Notes: generated from the sequence alone by a model not told the origin. Shown: positions 12,722 through 25,782, counted from the first letter of the stretch. The stretch: DNA of 46,887 nucleotides from Halocafeteria seosinensis (GCA_001687465.1 LVLI01000613.1:1-46887); one strand, 5' to 3'. Numbers and translations are program-made.

Positions 12722-13152
12722 GACGACACGAATTTTTTCTTCTTCTATTCAAAAAGTTCAAAAAATTTACTTTGTGTCCTAAAATGGCCTTCTGACAAAT
12801 GTTAAACAATGACTGGTACTGAATGAACTTCAATGAAGCCAAAGTGACTTTGTGAGGCTCAATCTTGCTGGTTAGCCACAGATGCTGCATACAATGTAGT
12901 ACAGTACAACTGTGGTACGTATTGACTTGATTTCACCGTTCGGAGTCACCAAGGAATTCGGATGAACATCGACATCCCACTCACTGGTACCATCTGCTGC
13001 AGAGAGGCACTCAATCGAGTTACGGGAAACGAGGTCATTCGTAAGTCCTACAGTAATTATCGCCGTCCTCAAAGAATCGATACCACTTTTTCGCTCTTGT
13101 ATATGATTTGTGGCAGCCTCCTCAATCAAACGGAAGCTATGGATAGGGCACA

Positions 13153-16100
13153 ATGTCGTGGATGAAGCTACCGGAGGCAGTGGATAAGGAAACGAGCAGA
13201 TGTCTGGAAACATTGCTTTCCCCTATTATACAGCGGTATACCCTGTTGAGTGACCACAAGTATGCCGACCAGGAAGCGCAGTTCATACGTACGTAAGACC
13301 TGAGCCAAGTGAAGGTATACCTTGGAAAGTTCCTCAGGGGGATTGAGTGCTTTGCAGAATTCTACAACAAATTCGCCTCTCGGATATCTAGTCTATCCAA
13401 GGAGAAATTGGAGTCCTTACCCAAGGTAGAGGAAGATGAGGTGGATAGTAGGGAGATTGGACGCCTGTACGAGAAGCTGGAAGCTTCAAAGACGCCACCG
13501 CGGCAGCAACGGACTGAGAGCCACGATGAGCAGGGCTCATTTGAAGAGTTCTTTGAACTCTGCAGAATGACATTGGCGTCATTTGCGGCTTTCTTACACA
13601 AGAAAAATGAACGAAAAGCCTCAGACATAGTGCGCACCAAGGAAGAGCTACCAGCTACAAAGTTCAAGGACTACGTGATATCCCGCTTACAAACGAACAA
13701 TGCTCTGATCATTGCAGGAGATACAGGATGTGGTAAGAGTACCCAAGTACCACAGTATCTCATGGAAGCCGGATACACCCCGGCGCTGTGCACGCAGCCC
13801 CGGCGGGTAGCTGCAGTAAGCTTGGCTAAACGAGTGCAACTGGAATGTGATGCCACCTCTATTTCTTCCAGTGCTGGGAAAAAGGAACCCCACCGCGTTT
13901 CCTACCATGTAAGGTTTGACAAGAGGCGATTGCACACAGGCACAAAAGGAGTTGCGGCAGAAGACCTTGTCTATGCAACAGAAGGTATCCTCTTGCGACA
14001 GCTCGTTGCCGAGAGGGCGACGCGGTTGCCTTATCGTATCGTATGTTTAGATGAAGTCCATGAAAGGCATGTTTCCACCGATTTCCTGTTTACGATACTT
14101 CGAGCGGCGGTTCAGAAGCCGTTTTGCCCCTTTAAGCTTGTTCTCATGTCGGCCACGGCGGACTTGAAGAAGCTTAGTAGATTCTTTCACAATGCACCTG
14201 TGCTGCAGATTCCGGTAAGCGGCTTGCCCAGTGTAGCTGTGTGCAGTAGGTATCGCTAATCATCGCATGTCGTTCGCAGGGAAGAACGTTTCCTGTCGAG
14301 ATCAAGTATCGGCCTCCACCAATAGAGGAAGCCATTTTGAACGCTCAACGTAAACGTGTCTCCAGAGAGCAGCAGCAAACCTCATTGCCCCAAGACACTT
14401 CGAATGGAGATCAGATTATCCAGTCTAAATCCCCTCACTCTCATACTGTGGCGCAAGTGGATACGAAAGTTGATCAAGCAACAGAACGGGCCCGGCGCCG
14501 CCTCCGTATGGAAGAGGACGAGGACGAAAACAATGCGGAGGCCCAATGGGAGGCGGTCAACGACTCTTCCGAAGCTCAGACAGTGGAGACAACCACTGAT
14601 AAAGAAGACTTTGACTGGATTGTGTCGGAGCCAATCTTTGAGAGTGATCTCATGACGGGAAACAGAAGCAAGAAAACGTCCACCAACTCCACGATTGATC
14701 TCAGCACGCTGATGAGTACCTTTGACGAAGTCGATGAATTGCTTTCCACTAAGTACGATGGGGATCTGCTAGTTTTTGTTTCTGGTGTGAAGGAAATCCA
14801 GGACGTCATGGACGCAATTCATGAGCGCATTAACTCCAGCGAGTTTGAGAAAGATATTCAGAAAAAAGTTAAAACCAATGACGAGGGCAAAACAAATTTT
14901 ACTTCCTCCGCCAACCATGGCTCCAGGATAAGACCGCTAACGAATCGCTGGAGTGTTCTCCCACTTCATGCTGGTCTCAATACGGACGAGCAAGAAGTGG
15001 TCTTTAAACCGCAGCCGCAGGGTCGTAGGAAGTGCATTGTTGCTACGGATATCGCTGAAACCTCTATTACTATAGAAGGGATCGTTTGCGTAATTGATAC
15101 TGGACGGCATCGTATGATTGCGTATCAGTCTCAGACTCATAGCATGCAGTTACAAGAGTTCTGGGTACCTCGATCATCCGCCGAACAACGTACGGGTCGA
15201 GCTGGAAGGACAAGGCCCGGTTATTGCTTTAGGCTGTTCTCTAATGACCTATTCACTGCACTCCCGAAATTTGCGCCACCTGAGATTCAACGAATCCCTG
15301 TTCAAAATGTGCTCGTACAGGCTCTTGCTATTGTGATGCAGAATGATACGGTTCTCCGTTCCACATTCGTTCCCACGCTCTCTCAATCTACCAGTTACTT
15401 TGCGAAGCTAACTACGCTAGAATTGGTGGATCCACCCACTGACGATCTTGTTCACCACGCGGAAAAGCACTTATGGATACTAGATGCTGTTCGAAAGCTC
15501 AAAAACCGCGCCGAGGATGGCGACGAAGAGTTAGAGTTAATGCCCCTTGGTAAAGTACTTTCGGTGTTACCATTGGACGTCCAAGTTGGGAAAGCTGCTA
15601 TAATCGGCTGCTATCTGGGGGTCTGCTCCTCTATAGTAGCGATTGCGGCTGCCCTGTCAGTAGAGAATCTGTTCACTTCTTCGTCGAGAGGGGCTTCGAA
15701 GAAAGTATGGGAGTCTACCCTAAGACCCCTTCAGGACGTCGACGACAATGATTCAATCTTCGTTGGAGAAGGATTTGGGGATATGCTCACCTGCATGGGA
15801 GTGTTTGATGCCTGGAGTTGCGTCAAGTACGCTACATATAAGCGTAGTGGCCATCCTGACAATGCGGTTAGGAACTCGTCTGCATTCCGAAAACTGTGCG
15901 CTGAACTTCGGAACAAATTTGGCTCGGCACTTAGATGGTGCAAAGGTTCTGGAATATCGCACAACAGAGTAAAGGAGATGCACAACGCTATCCAGCAGTT
16001 TCGCCTTTTACTAGCAAGCAACGGTATTCCCGTAGATGAACAAGTTGAAGAAGTTTGGAGCAAGAAACGTGATCGGCGAGGAGAGGCTTTACGGAAAGAC

Positions 16101-17399
16101 CGGCTGGCAGAAGAATATATTCCTTTTGACGATGAGGCAATCGAGGAATTGCATCAAAATTCTCCTACCAATAACGAGATAGATGCCACTATCATTTCAT
16201 CACTGGAACGACACGGCACATTGAGAAGCAATTCCGTTAATATGGTGAAGTTTTCCCTCCTTGCGGGCCTCTACCCTAATGTTGCAATACCGGACCCTGG
16301 AAATGATCGTAGGTCAATAGCAGATGCTCTCTTTCACACAAAGTATCGTTACTCCGTCAGATTACATCCGACAAGCCACTACTTTGCCACACTACTTAGC
16401 GATACAGAGGGGAGTACAGCCCAAAGAAAACCAGGGCAGGAAAAGGTACTAATGTTCGATAAATTATTGGAAACTCGCCGGCCATACATCATGAAAGTCG
16501 AAGACTTCAATCCCATGTGGCTTTTGTTGGTAGCACAAGATGTGCGTTGTAGTGAAGAGCTAAAAGAAGTCATTATAGATGAATGGATACTTCTGAGGTT
16601 TGCTGAAGCAAAGACCGCTGAGAGGATGATTGCGCTGGTTATCGAGACTCGCACCATCCTGGAACTTTCTATCAATGAGCAGCTCCTTTCCACGATAGAG
16701 AAGACGACATTCGGGACACAGTTTGAACAGAAGCTGCAACTGCTCAATGAAGCTATGATGGATGTCCTTTGGCTTCAAAGCGTCGTCTCAGACACACCAC
16801 CTGTTGACCCAACTGATCCATCCCAGAAACTTCTACCCCGAATTATCGGCCGGCTTGATACTGGCCGGACGGTTGAATCGGCGCGGACAGAATTACCAAC
16901 ACTCTTAGCATCGTTACTCTCATTTTCAGCGCAGTTTACCTTAGAGCGATTACTCGAGGTTGAATCCAACGCCATGGTTGCGAACTTGGGCCAGCTGCGC
17001 ATAACCAGATGGCTGGTTGTGTACACAGGCGCATTCAACGCCCGGGCTGGAGAGCGTCCTCTCGCTAGTGCCAACGTTACTGCGATAGAGAGTACCGGCC
17101 ACGTTTCAAAACTTTCGGAGGCGACCACTACCTCAACGGAAGTCGATGAAAATGAAGCAACGGTACAGGATCGAGACACCGATGAATCGTCGCAACAGAG
17201 TGATAGCACCGACCAGGAGAGGACAGAGGAAGAGGAGCCTGAGCAAAGCAGGCCATACGATCCAGGAGATGCCTATAGAGTATTAACGAGCAATCGGAAA
17301 AAGATATGCCCACATTGCGGTATTGTGTTGTACGTCTCTGAGGAGAGGTTTCATGCCCACCAGAGAGGTTGTCGGGCTCGATGCTTAACGTCTAGTTAG
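13153..17399 (+). CDS. DHX34: DEAH-box RNA helicase DHX34-like; 3 exons
   Basis: Motifs: IAGDTGCGKSTQVPQYL, CTQPRRVA, DEVHERH, MSAT, ATDIAETSITI, QRTGRAGR, then HA2/OB regions and a C-terminal CPHC...H zinc-binding motif. Inferred introns are 13293-13337 and 14215-14279 (IP|GRTFPV). The 5' exon is less certain. Confidence 0.85.
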
Positions 17400-17528
17400 A
17401 ACCCTACACAGATTAATGTCATTATCGCGTGAGTGCGACTTCCACATTTTGTAGTCGAGTCTTCTACGGAAGCGCACTCCCAATATGCCAAACATGAGGG
17501 CAGAAGGCTCTACGGTTAGCAGACGCTT

Positions 17529-18828
17529 CTACCGCTTTCTGCGGGCGGAAGTTTTTCCTGTGCTGGCATAGTCTCCTTGTTCTGCTTTCTTCTTGCAGCA
17601 ATACACATGATACGTTTGCGAGTAATCACGATTCGGGATCGGGGTCTGATTAATTTCCCATCGATATTTATGAATCGAACTTGTTTCCCTTGAATTATTC
17701 TCCACTTTGATCGCCTCTAACAGAGGCAAGCGTTTCTCGGGAAGAGAATGAGACACACAAATATACGAACCCCCGGGCTTGAGCAATCGTAACATTTCCC
17801 AAAGCATCTTGTTTGCGCGAGCACCACCGTCCTCTCCACAGAGAAGCGCGTCTAGCAGAGCTTTATCGAAAATCAAATCAAAACATTGCCTCGGTAGCTC
17901 GCTCGATAGCACTGTTGCATCCATAACAGAGACTGGCAGAACACAAAATATGCATTTCGGGCAACCTAGTGAGTGATGCGCTCAAAATGTCAGAGTTTCC
18001 TGCACTTACAGTCCATCTTCTCAAAGTTCCGGTACCTATGCCGAAGGTCACTTATCAAACACGAACTAATGTCTATAGCAGAAACGTTCCGGTAGCCTTC
18101 CTTGTACAGTTCCTCGCCGATTTCTGCAGCATTTAAAAGCCAGCAACCAATGACCCTCTATACCTTGTCATGCTTTGAAGACAATACAACATGACTGATA
18201 TTTTGGGGGGAGGAAATGCACATTAATTAGACCACTTACGCGAGGTTCCACAACCTGGTATAAAAATTTCAAATTCGTTGGCCGCGGAAGACCTCGTTCT
18301 CTCCCTTTTAGGCAAGTAAGGTAGGAGTATGGACCTTAATTGTGAATAATCCAGGTACCATTCACATGGCTTCGACTGCGTTGTGGCGTATCTTTCTTCC
18401 CAATACGATGGAAGTGAGTACTCTGGGTGCATCTGGATTTGAGGTTGACTTCCTCCCTCGTTTTCATCGGTGCTGTGATTGCTATTCCAACTCTGGTCCG
18501 ACGGTTCATTCTGTCGTTTGGTGTAGGGTTTCGGAGGCTTCCCGGAAGGGCCCGACGCGCCTCCTGTAGCTTGCGCAGGTACCTCTTGCGGTTCCGTGGA
18601 CCACGCGGCTCCCGTCTGCTCGTAATCTGGATTCCTCGTCGTTTCCGGCTCATTCCGGGAAGCATTTCGTTGCGAATCGCTCAGTATACTTCGTATAGCA
18701 GCTGCGCCCGCCCCACCAAAGGAGCGTTCTCGTTGGAATGAACGTGCATGGCTGCTAGACGGCGGGCTCCCTTGTTGAGCTGCTTCCTCCTGTTTCCAAA
18801 GAGTTCTACGAGGGGTTGGATTGTTCAT
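17529..18828 (-). CDS. Class I SAM-dependent methyltransferase, EEF1AKMT4/METTL13-N-like; 3 exons
   Basis: Motifs: SYWEERY, EWYLDY, IPGCGTS|QIGEELYKEGY..AIDIS, MDAT, FDLIFDKALLDALLCG, RLLKPGGSYICVSH. Introns are 18239-18124 and 18009-17933. The first ATG is at 18828. Confidence 0.85.
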
Positions 18829-18890
18829 GTCTTGGTCTTCGGGTGCGTCCCGATGGTGTTGGCTGCGCTTGCCGTCCGAGCCGAGGAACA

Positions 18891-19821
18891 ATGTTTACCG
18901 GAATCGTGGAAGGCCAAGGAAGTGTAATTTCCTTCCGTTCGGTGGATAATTTACGGATGTGGGATGGCTCCACACGCGCCGGCTACGTGTTAAAAATTCG
19001 CGATCTGACCAAGGAGAAGACCATTCTACAAGGCATCTATGTAGGCTGCTCTATCGCCGTGAATGGCGTCTGCTTAACCGTCACACGCCATGGGGAGGAC
19101 TGGTTCAAAGTCGGTGTAGCGCCTGAGACCATCCGCCGGACCAACCTCAAACCGGAAACTTTGAAGCCGGGGGACAGCGTCAATTTGGAACGGAGCATGG
19201 CGGCGGATGCCAGAATTAGTGGGCATTTTGTTCAGGGACACGTCGATGGTACTGGCGTGGTTGTTGTACGTGTGTGTGCACTTGAATAGACCGAGGAATT
19301 GAAGTGACTTGTGGTTTTCTTGGGATGTGCAGGGATTCCGGAAAGATGAGGATTCGCTGTGGGTACGAATTGCATGCAGTAAGGAAATACTCAAATATAT
19401 AGTGCCGAAAGGTTATATTGCCTTAGATGGAACTAGTTTAACAGTAGTTCATGTGTGCCGTCACTCCGTGGATGGGAGTGACACAAGCAGTGGCATTGAG
19501 GGGCCTAAGCCTGTAGTTTCCCAAACCGAAGTCGATCCCAAAGAAGTGGATCCAGATACAGAAGGATGGTTTGATTTAATGCTTGTAAAGCATACTCAGT
19601 CGGCCGTCACGTTGCCCTGGAAGAACCTTAAGGACGAAGTCAACCTGGAAGTAGACGTAATCAGCAAATACGTCGAGCGCTCGATTGAAACTCATTTAGA
19701 GAACCGAATGAATCAATCTACGGTCTCTCCTGGACAAACAATCCTGCTAAGCATTATTGGTACACTGGTCACAACAGGAACAGCACTAGGCCTTTACTAC
19801 TTGAAAGAGAAGAGGAGATAG
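18891..19821 (+). CDS. RIB5: Riboflavin synthase (alpha chain) with a C-terminal hydrophobic extension; 2 exons
   Basis: The conserved N-terminus MFTGIVE is followed by GCSIAVNGVCLTV, VNLERS, GHFVQGHVDG, KGYIALDGTSLTV and VNLEVDVISKYVER. The intron is 19266-19332. Confidence 0.93.
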
Positions 19822-19948
19822 CAAAAAACAGAGTAGGATACCGTAGCGGTAGAGGGGTAGAGTAACGATGGTGTATCATGTGCAGACGAAGGATTCACTG
19901 TACCCATGCTGGAAATACAAAGGGGAAAGGCATTCTTCCATAGTATCC

Positions 19949-22594
19949 TCAATGCGGTGGCCACGAGTAGCTTATCTTGTTCGTTCCCGTGTGTCTATAG
20001 CACATATTGCCCACCGAGTCACGTACCATTATCCAATCTCCAGGAGCGACTTGCTGCGCCTGGGAAGCGGATACACGCTGAAAAAAGTTACCGAAAGCTT
20101 GTCCATGGAGACCCATAGCAACATGAGGTTGAGGAACGTTGAAGGAAGCATCTGCTGATCCAGAATTTGAAACCTCCGTGAACTGCCGCTGGGTCGCTTC
20201 AACCTTGTGGTAACGGGTATTGCCTTCAGCGTCTGTGTAACGCTGCCAAGAAACTGTTCGTTCTTGTGGCTGCTGGTTGGGCAAGGGATGAGAAACACCA
20301 CCGGATCGAATATTGTTGGGACCACCAGACGAACTCCTTGGTGGAGGTGAGGGAGTGTCTGGATTCTCAAGATTTCTAGCAAGATCCTCTGATACGGCGT
20401 AGGGATCGAGGAAGACAAGCCGCACAGGTCTCTTACTCTTTGCAATCATCTGTAAACATGCTTTGAAGTTATATTGTAACAATGAAACTTGATTCATTGC
20501 TGCAAATTAAAAAAAATTAATGCAATTTGGTAACTAGGCTGAAAACACTAATCAAGGCAACATACCGATAATCTGGTGTCCTTTCTTGATCCTACCGCGA
20601 GTCGCTTGTGCAGCTTGTCCGTCCGAGCGAACTCCGGCAACCACTGCCCCAAGGTCATAGTTGCTAAAACGGCGACCGCTCTTCTTTGCCGGGCCGAATT
20701 TCTTTTCGCCACTCCAATTCGGCTCAAGCTCCAGTCCAATTGGTCCCGGATATAGAATCAAAGCACTGTAAGTCGGTTCGGTAGGTAGTTTCCACTCGGT
20801 TGACTTATAGGCATGATTCTTGAAGTATACTCGACCATCGTTTAGGAAGGCTCGCTCCCAGAACCAAGGTAATCCTTGTGAATCCTTAGACATACGAGTT
20901 CCCTCTTTTTGCGTTTCTTCTTCCGCCTGTTGGTGCTCTTCCTCAAAAGCCTGTGATATTTCTTGACGGTGCTTGTGCTCTTGCGTGGCAGCGATTGAAT
21001 CTTCACTGTCTCCTCCATCTTCTGAATCCGACTCCTCGGGAGTTTCTTCTGCTTCTGCACCTTCTTCTTCTTGGGCATCTTCGTCTTCGTGTTCCCCTGC
21101 CGACTGTGCTGCCCGCACCAAATGCTCAAACGGGTGAGGTTGATTATCGTCCGCCTGCGGGGAAGATTCTCCTTCCTTTGCCGAATCGTTCTCCTCAGAT
21201 GATCCGGGTATCAGGTGGGCAAATGGATAGCTCGGAGTTTTCTCAGCACTATTGTCTGAAGAGTTTCCAGGACCCAAATGGGCAAACGGATAACTGGATT
21301 TAGGGGCTTCATCTTCTTCTTCCCTCTGTGCATCTTTTTTCGGCGCTGGCACGTACGCGGAGTTAGTGCCGTTACTAGAGGTGGGCTTCTTCTTAGGTGG
21401 GTGCGTTACAGCGCTCTGTCCGCCCTTATCATTAGACGGGGGGTGTGCAACTACGGGGTTCTCATGGTGCTGCCTACTCTGACCCTCCAGTCCATGCACA
21501 AATACCTTGGGTTTGTTGATGACGTTCGGATCTTTGTACTGCGCATAGTAGATACCATTGTCCGTAAAATAACCCGACTCCATTTGCAAAAATTGTGGAA
21601 AACCTGAAAAGAAGACACTCCCCAAAATTCTTCCAACGTCAGGATATACGACGTTCTGCTCTCTACAGAACTCATCCGTCAATTCAACCGGAAGCCTGAA
21701 CTCAATGAGGTACCCATCTTGGAAGGCATGGTGATCCTTAAACGTCAAATCAGCTGTAGCAATGACGAGGTTGTCACTGGTCTGCTTCTTCTTTTTAAGC
21801 CAGAATCGCAAGGACTCCTTCATCAGTTCGTCATACGTCGCTCTGATGTACAGCGCATCTAGATACTGAAAATCATTGCGTCCGAGCGGAGATTTACGGA
21901 TGTCTGCGTTCTCTGATTCACCCGTATACCCATATTCCAGATAGTAATCGTTGGCGTGTGACCCAAACACCTCATCCACTTCCGTAGGGAATTCAAGTTT
22001 CAGGTTCCTCAAGTTAATTTCCACGATAGGGTTTTCCTCCACCTCGCATCGAAATTGAATCTCCCCTCGAATTTTCCTGCACATCCACATGTGAATAAAT
22101 CCTCCCTATATTTTGAGTATACAATGGCACTGCCCATACCTGCCATCGCGTAATGGTAGGCGGATGGTGGAAGGACCGGTAAACACGCTGTAGAGGTCCA
22201 GATAGCACTTCCCAATGAGGGAATCACTGAGAAAGGTCGACTTATTATAGCACTTGATTTTAAGTCTTTTAAGGTGCAGTTTGTGCGCCATACGCGTCTC
22301 ATACACGAAGGAGACATCTTCTTCCCACTCCGGGTTCAGGGATTTTTTAACCACTTCGGTCTCAAATGTCTTGTAATTGTCAAAGTTAATGTCCAAATAC
22401 GGGTCCGACGAGCCACCTGCGATATTGAAAGTCAAAATATAAGCCAAATATACGATCACCGCTCCTGAAAATGCCCTCAATCCTGCCATTCTACACAACG
22501 ACAACCACCAGCAAGACGCACCTCGGTTGAGGGCAGCCAGAGAACTCGCCCTGAAGCCGTAGAGTCGGACATGGAAACGAGAAATCGACGTCAT
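19949..22594 (-). CDS. C2-domain protein with acidic linker, WW, PDZ-like and further WW-like segments; 4 exons
   Basis: C2: GSSDPYLDINF..KKSLNPEWEE..DSLIGKCYLDL. WW: GLPWFWERAF..GRVYFKNH..TEWKLP. PDZ-like: GPIGLEL..GAVVAGV..IKKGHQIIAMNQ..RPVRLVF. The C-terminus has WQRYTDAEGNTRY and DWIMVRDSVGNMCYRH..SWP. Introns are 22521-22417, 22139-22077 and 20565-20500. Confidence 0.8.
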
Positions 22595-22825
22595 TACGTT
22601 TTCCCTCTAGCCCCAAGTTTGGTGTCACAAAAAAGTAGAGGTCAATCCCAACCGAAATACAGTTGTGGGGTTCGTATGGAACTGCTGACAGTCTGCTGTA
22701 GCTTTGCAGCAATCTTTCCTTCGAGGAATTACAAGAGTACAAGAGGGTCACAGCAGACAGATCGTAGACCCCCGAGTACCCCACCCAATGAGGCCGGGTA
22801 GTATTCACGCCAATCCATGGGAAGT

Positions 22826-22901
22826 TTCGGTAAGAATTCTGATGAGTGGATTGGACGGAAACGAGACGGTTAAGAGTGAGCTTCGGTAAGAATTCTGATG
22901 A
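22826..22901 (+). repeat. 20-bp perfect direct repeat (TTCGGTAAGAATTCTGATGA), 56-bp period
   Basis: Copies at 22826-22845 and 22882-22901. Confidence 0.85.
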
Positions 22902-24125
22902 ACGGAATTGGACTAAACTTGATGGTTGTGGCGCACTCCTTTTGTGGAGATTCGAGCTGTTAACCAATAGGGATAAGTGGTACTGCAGCCTTGTCTGTCT
23001 TTACAGTGCATGGATGTAGTCGTCGTCCGATGTTTACCATTCTGTTCTCTAAAGTTGTACTCTGGACTCCACAATGTGGAGATAGCAAAGACCTCACACT
23101 CACAATTGAACTGCCCTGAAAGCAATCTGGAACCTCACCCTGATGATGACGAATCACCGCCAGCATGAGATTGACAGGCGAATTGCGACAATATGCACCG
23201 CTATAATCGACAGACATTTACCCCGCACTGCAGTACGTAAGCGCATAATTGGTCCGCACGTGCGCATGCAACGTTAGGGAAAGCCCGTATTTCGGAAAGT
23301 CACACTTTCGTCGTCCCAGTTGTACTGCATCGGTAGCATCCGTTGCATTTAACAAGTCCTCATGCTGAATCCTGTACCAGCCGTGTACAGCCAAACCACA
23401 GTATGTATGTATGTCCGTTGAAGAAAAAGAATCGATCCTGTTCAGCAGCAGCAGCACTCATGTTCATGTTCATGGTCATGGAGCGGTGTGATCCTTTTGC
23501 AAATCTTTTGAGACTGCTACCAAGCTATGACACGAGATCGGGATGGGTGTTTTCGCAAATTCCTGAAGAGACAGGAAACTCCTCACACACAATGTGACAG
23601 GTAGCCCAGCCAGGAAGTTGACCGTATTTTCTTAGCGAGGGGCGTTATTCGCCCGTGCTAAACAGCGACGGGCACTCCTGAGAAAACATCAGGCTCTCGC
23701 TGCAGACAAGGGGATACGGAAACGTTCGGAGGCTAAGCAAGGAAGTATAGGTTTCGCGTTACGCAGCATCCTGCAAATGGCTAAACACCGCAAATCTATT
23801 ACCAAACTAAGGTGGTTAGTGCAGCGGAGGCCTCGAAGTTATCCTCAGAGAACTGAAGTTTCATGGAAGTGTAAGCAATCATGTGAGGGTAGTGCGATCG
23901 CGGCAAGATCTGAGGGACGCGTCCATGGCCCCAATCACACAGAACTCAATTCTAGTTCAACACGTGCATTTTGCTAGTCTAACACTTCTACTTTTCGATC
24001 GGTTCTCTTAGGGGCTTTAAAGGGTTTGCTCCTGTGTGCGTATCTGTGATGTTGAAATTCAGGTATAATGTTGATTGTTTCCTTTTCTAGAACAGTAGAA
24101 TATGTACCAGACATTCGCTAGGACT

Positions 24126-25782
24126 CTATTTAGCCGTTTGGGGTCCCAAGTGAGCAAATGGATATGCTGCGGGTGCAGACTTTTCTCCTCTATTTTCTGA
24201 TTCTTTAACCTTAGTGACTTCTTCATCTGAGTTTTCTTTGACGCGTGAGTTCAGGGACTCAGGTATCAAATTTGCAAAAGGATAAGCCTGGGTTCCTCCT
24301 TTCGCGCTCTCTTCGGAGTCGTGCGTCCTCGAATGTTCTCGTTGTTCTTCAGAGTCTTTGGCGGCCGTAGCATCTGTTGCAGGGGTAGACGGCGACTGTT
24401 TTTCCTCTGGGACCAAGTGCGCAAATGGATAAGAGTTTTGTCCATTGGCAGCAGGGGACTGTTCCCCCGTAAGATGTGCAAATGGGTATGCATCCTTGTC
24501 TTCTGCTTGGTCCCCAGATTGGACAGATACTGTTTTGAGCTCCGTTGTACTACGTTGCGAATCGTGTTCATTTGGTTGGTCAGAAGATTCGCTGCTTTCG
24601 ATATTGTCTTTGCCATGGATATATACATCGGGTATATACCGCACTCGAGGATCCTTGAAAAATGCGTAGTAAACACCAGTGTCCGTGCAGTATCCCGATT
24701 CCATTTGCAAATACTTTGGGAAGCCAGCGTAGGATATGACTCCCTTTAATAATCCAACATCGGGATAATCCAGCTGGTGCTTTCGGCAAAAGATATCATC
24801 GATTTCCAAAGGTAACCGGAATTCTATCGGATCTCGATCTTCGAATGAATGGTGGTCCTTTATCGGCAAAGACACGGCAGAAATAACTTCCTCCTTGCTT
24901 CTCAGCTCAAACAGTATTCCTTCTTCCATGAGCTCGTCAAATGTTGCACGAGAGAAGAACGGATTAAGATCTCCGAAATCACCCAAACATTTGGGAGTCT
25001 GTTTTGCGGTGCCTATGCCTTCTTTAGAAAACCAATACTTCAAGCAGAACTCGTCGTCGCTCTCAAGTACATCCAAAATGTCCTTAGGCAGTTTCATCCG
25101 GACATCTTCCAAAGTAATTTGTACAAGCCCCAACTGCTCTACTTCGCACTTGAAGAATAATTCACCTTGTATAGCGCTGCACGATAAAACGAGAATCATT
25201 AGCCGGAGGTTGCCTATGGCTTTCATTTAAACGTACCTGCCGTTCCTTAGAGGAAGCCGGTACTCTTTGGGTCCTGTGAAAATTGTGTGCAAGTCGATGG
25301 CACATCCTCCGATTGGACCATCGAATATGCGTAGCAAGCCCTTGTTGTAACATGTTATGTTTAGACGCTTCACTGCCAGTTTATGAGCTTTCTTGGTTTC
25401 GTACACAAAGTGCACCTGAAGGAATCAAGGTCAGCGGACAGAGGCCTTAGTACTCAAATGACGTGAATCTGTCTCGCTATAGAGGTCAAAACTTACGTCT
25501 TCTGTCCACTTCGGGTTGACCGTTTTACGTTGTACAGCAGTCGAGAAAGTCTTGAAGCCATCAAAATCCACTTGGAGATACGGGTCGGCTGTGCCACCTG
25601 CGGAAGAAGGGCCAGTGACATGTTACGTTGGTCAATTACAGAGCAAGGACAAGCGGTAGGGCTTCCGTACTTCTGTTGATGGTGCCCAAATTAAACGCAG
25701 CAAAATCGTACAGTCTCACATTAAACCTAGAAATACCCACGTTTTCGTGGCGATTCGCAGCGCCGGACGGGATTTTGCTCAT
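24126..25782 (-). CDS. C2-domain protein, tandem paralogue of 19949-22594 lacking WW/PDZ; 4 exons
   Basis: ISRFNVRLY, GTADPYLQVDF, VNPKWTED|VHFVYETKKAHKL, RATFDELM, YPDVG and GFPKYLQMESGY all align with the neighbouring gene. Introns are 25670-25598, 25496-25416 and 25236-25177. Confidence 0.8.

Noticed and set aside
12364..12723. 119-aa plus-strand ORF
   Set aside because: No recognisable motif. It is antisense to the better-supported spliced Tom5-like gene.
22839..22901. Hammerhead ribozyme (CTGATGA...GAAAC) or C/D snoRNA in the 20-bp repeat
   Set aside because: Stems II and III do not pair next to the core. No terminal stem or recognisable rRNA guide is present. A duplicated splice donor explains the repeat more simply.
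22826..22901. CRISPR-like repeat-spacer
   Set aside because: Only two 20-bp copies, in a eukaryotic context with no cas genes.
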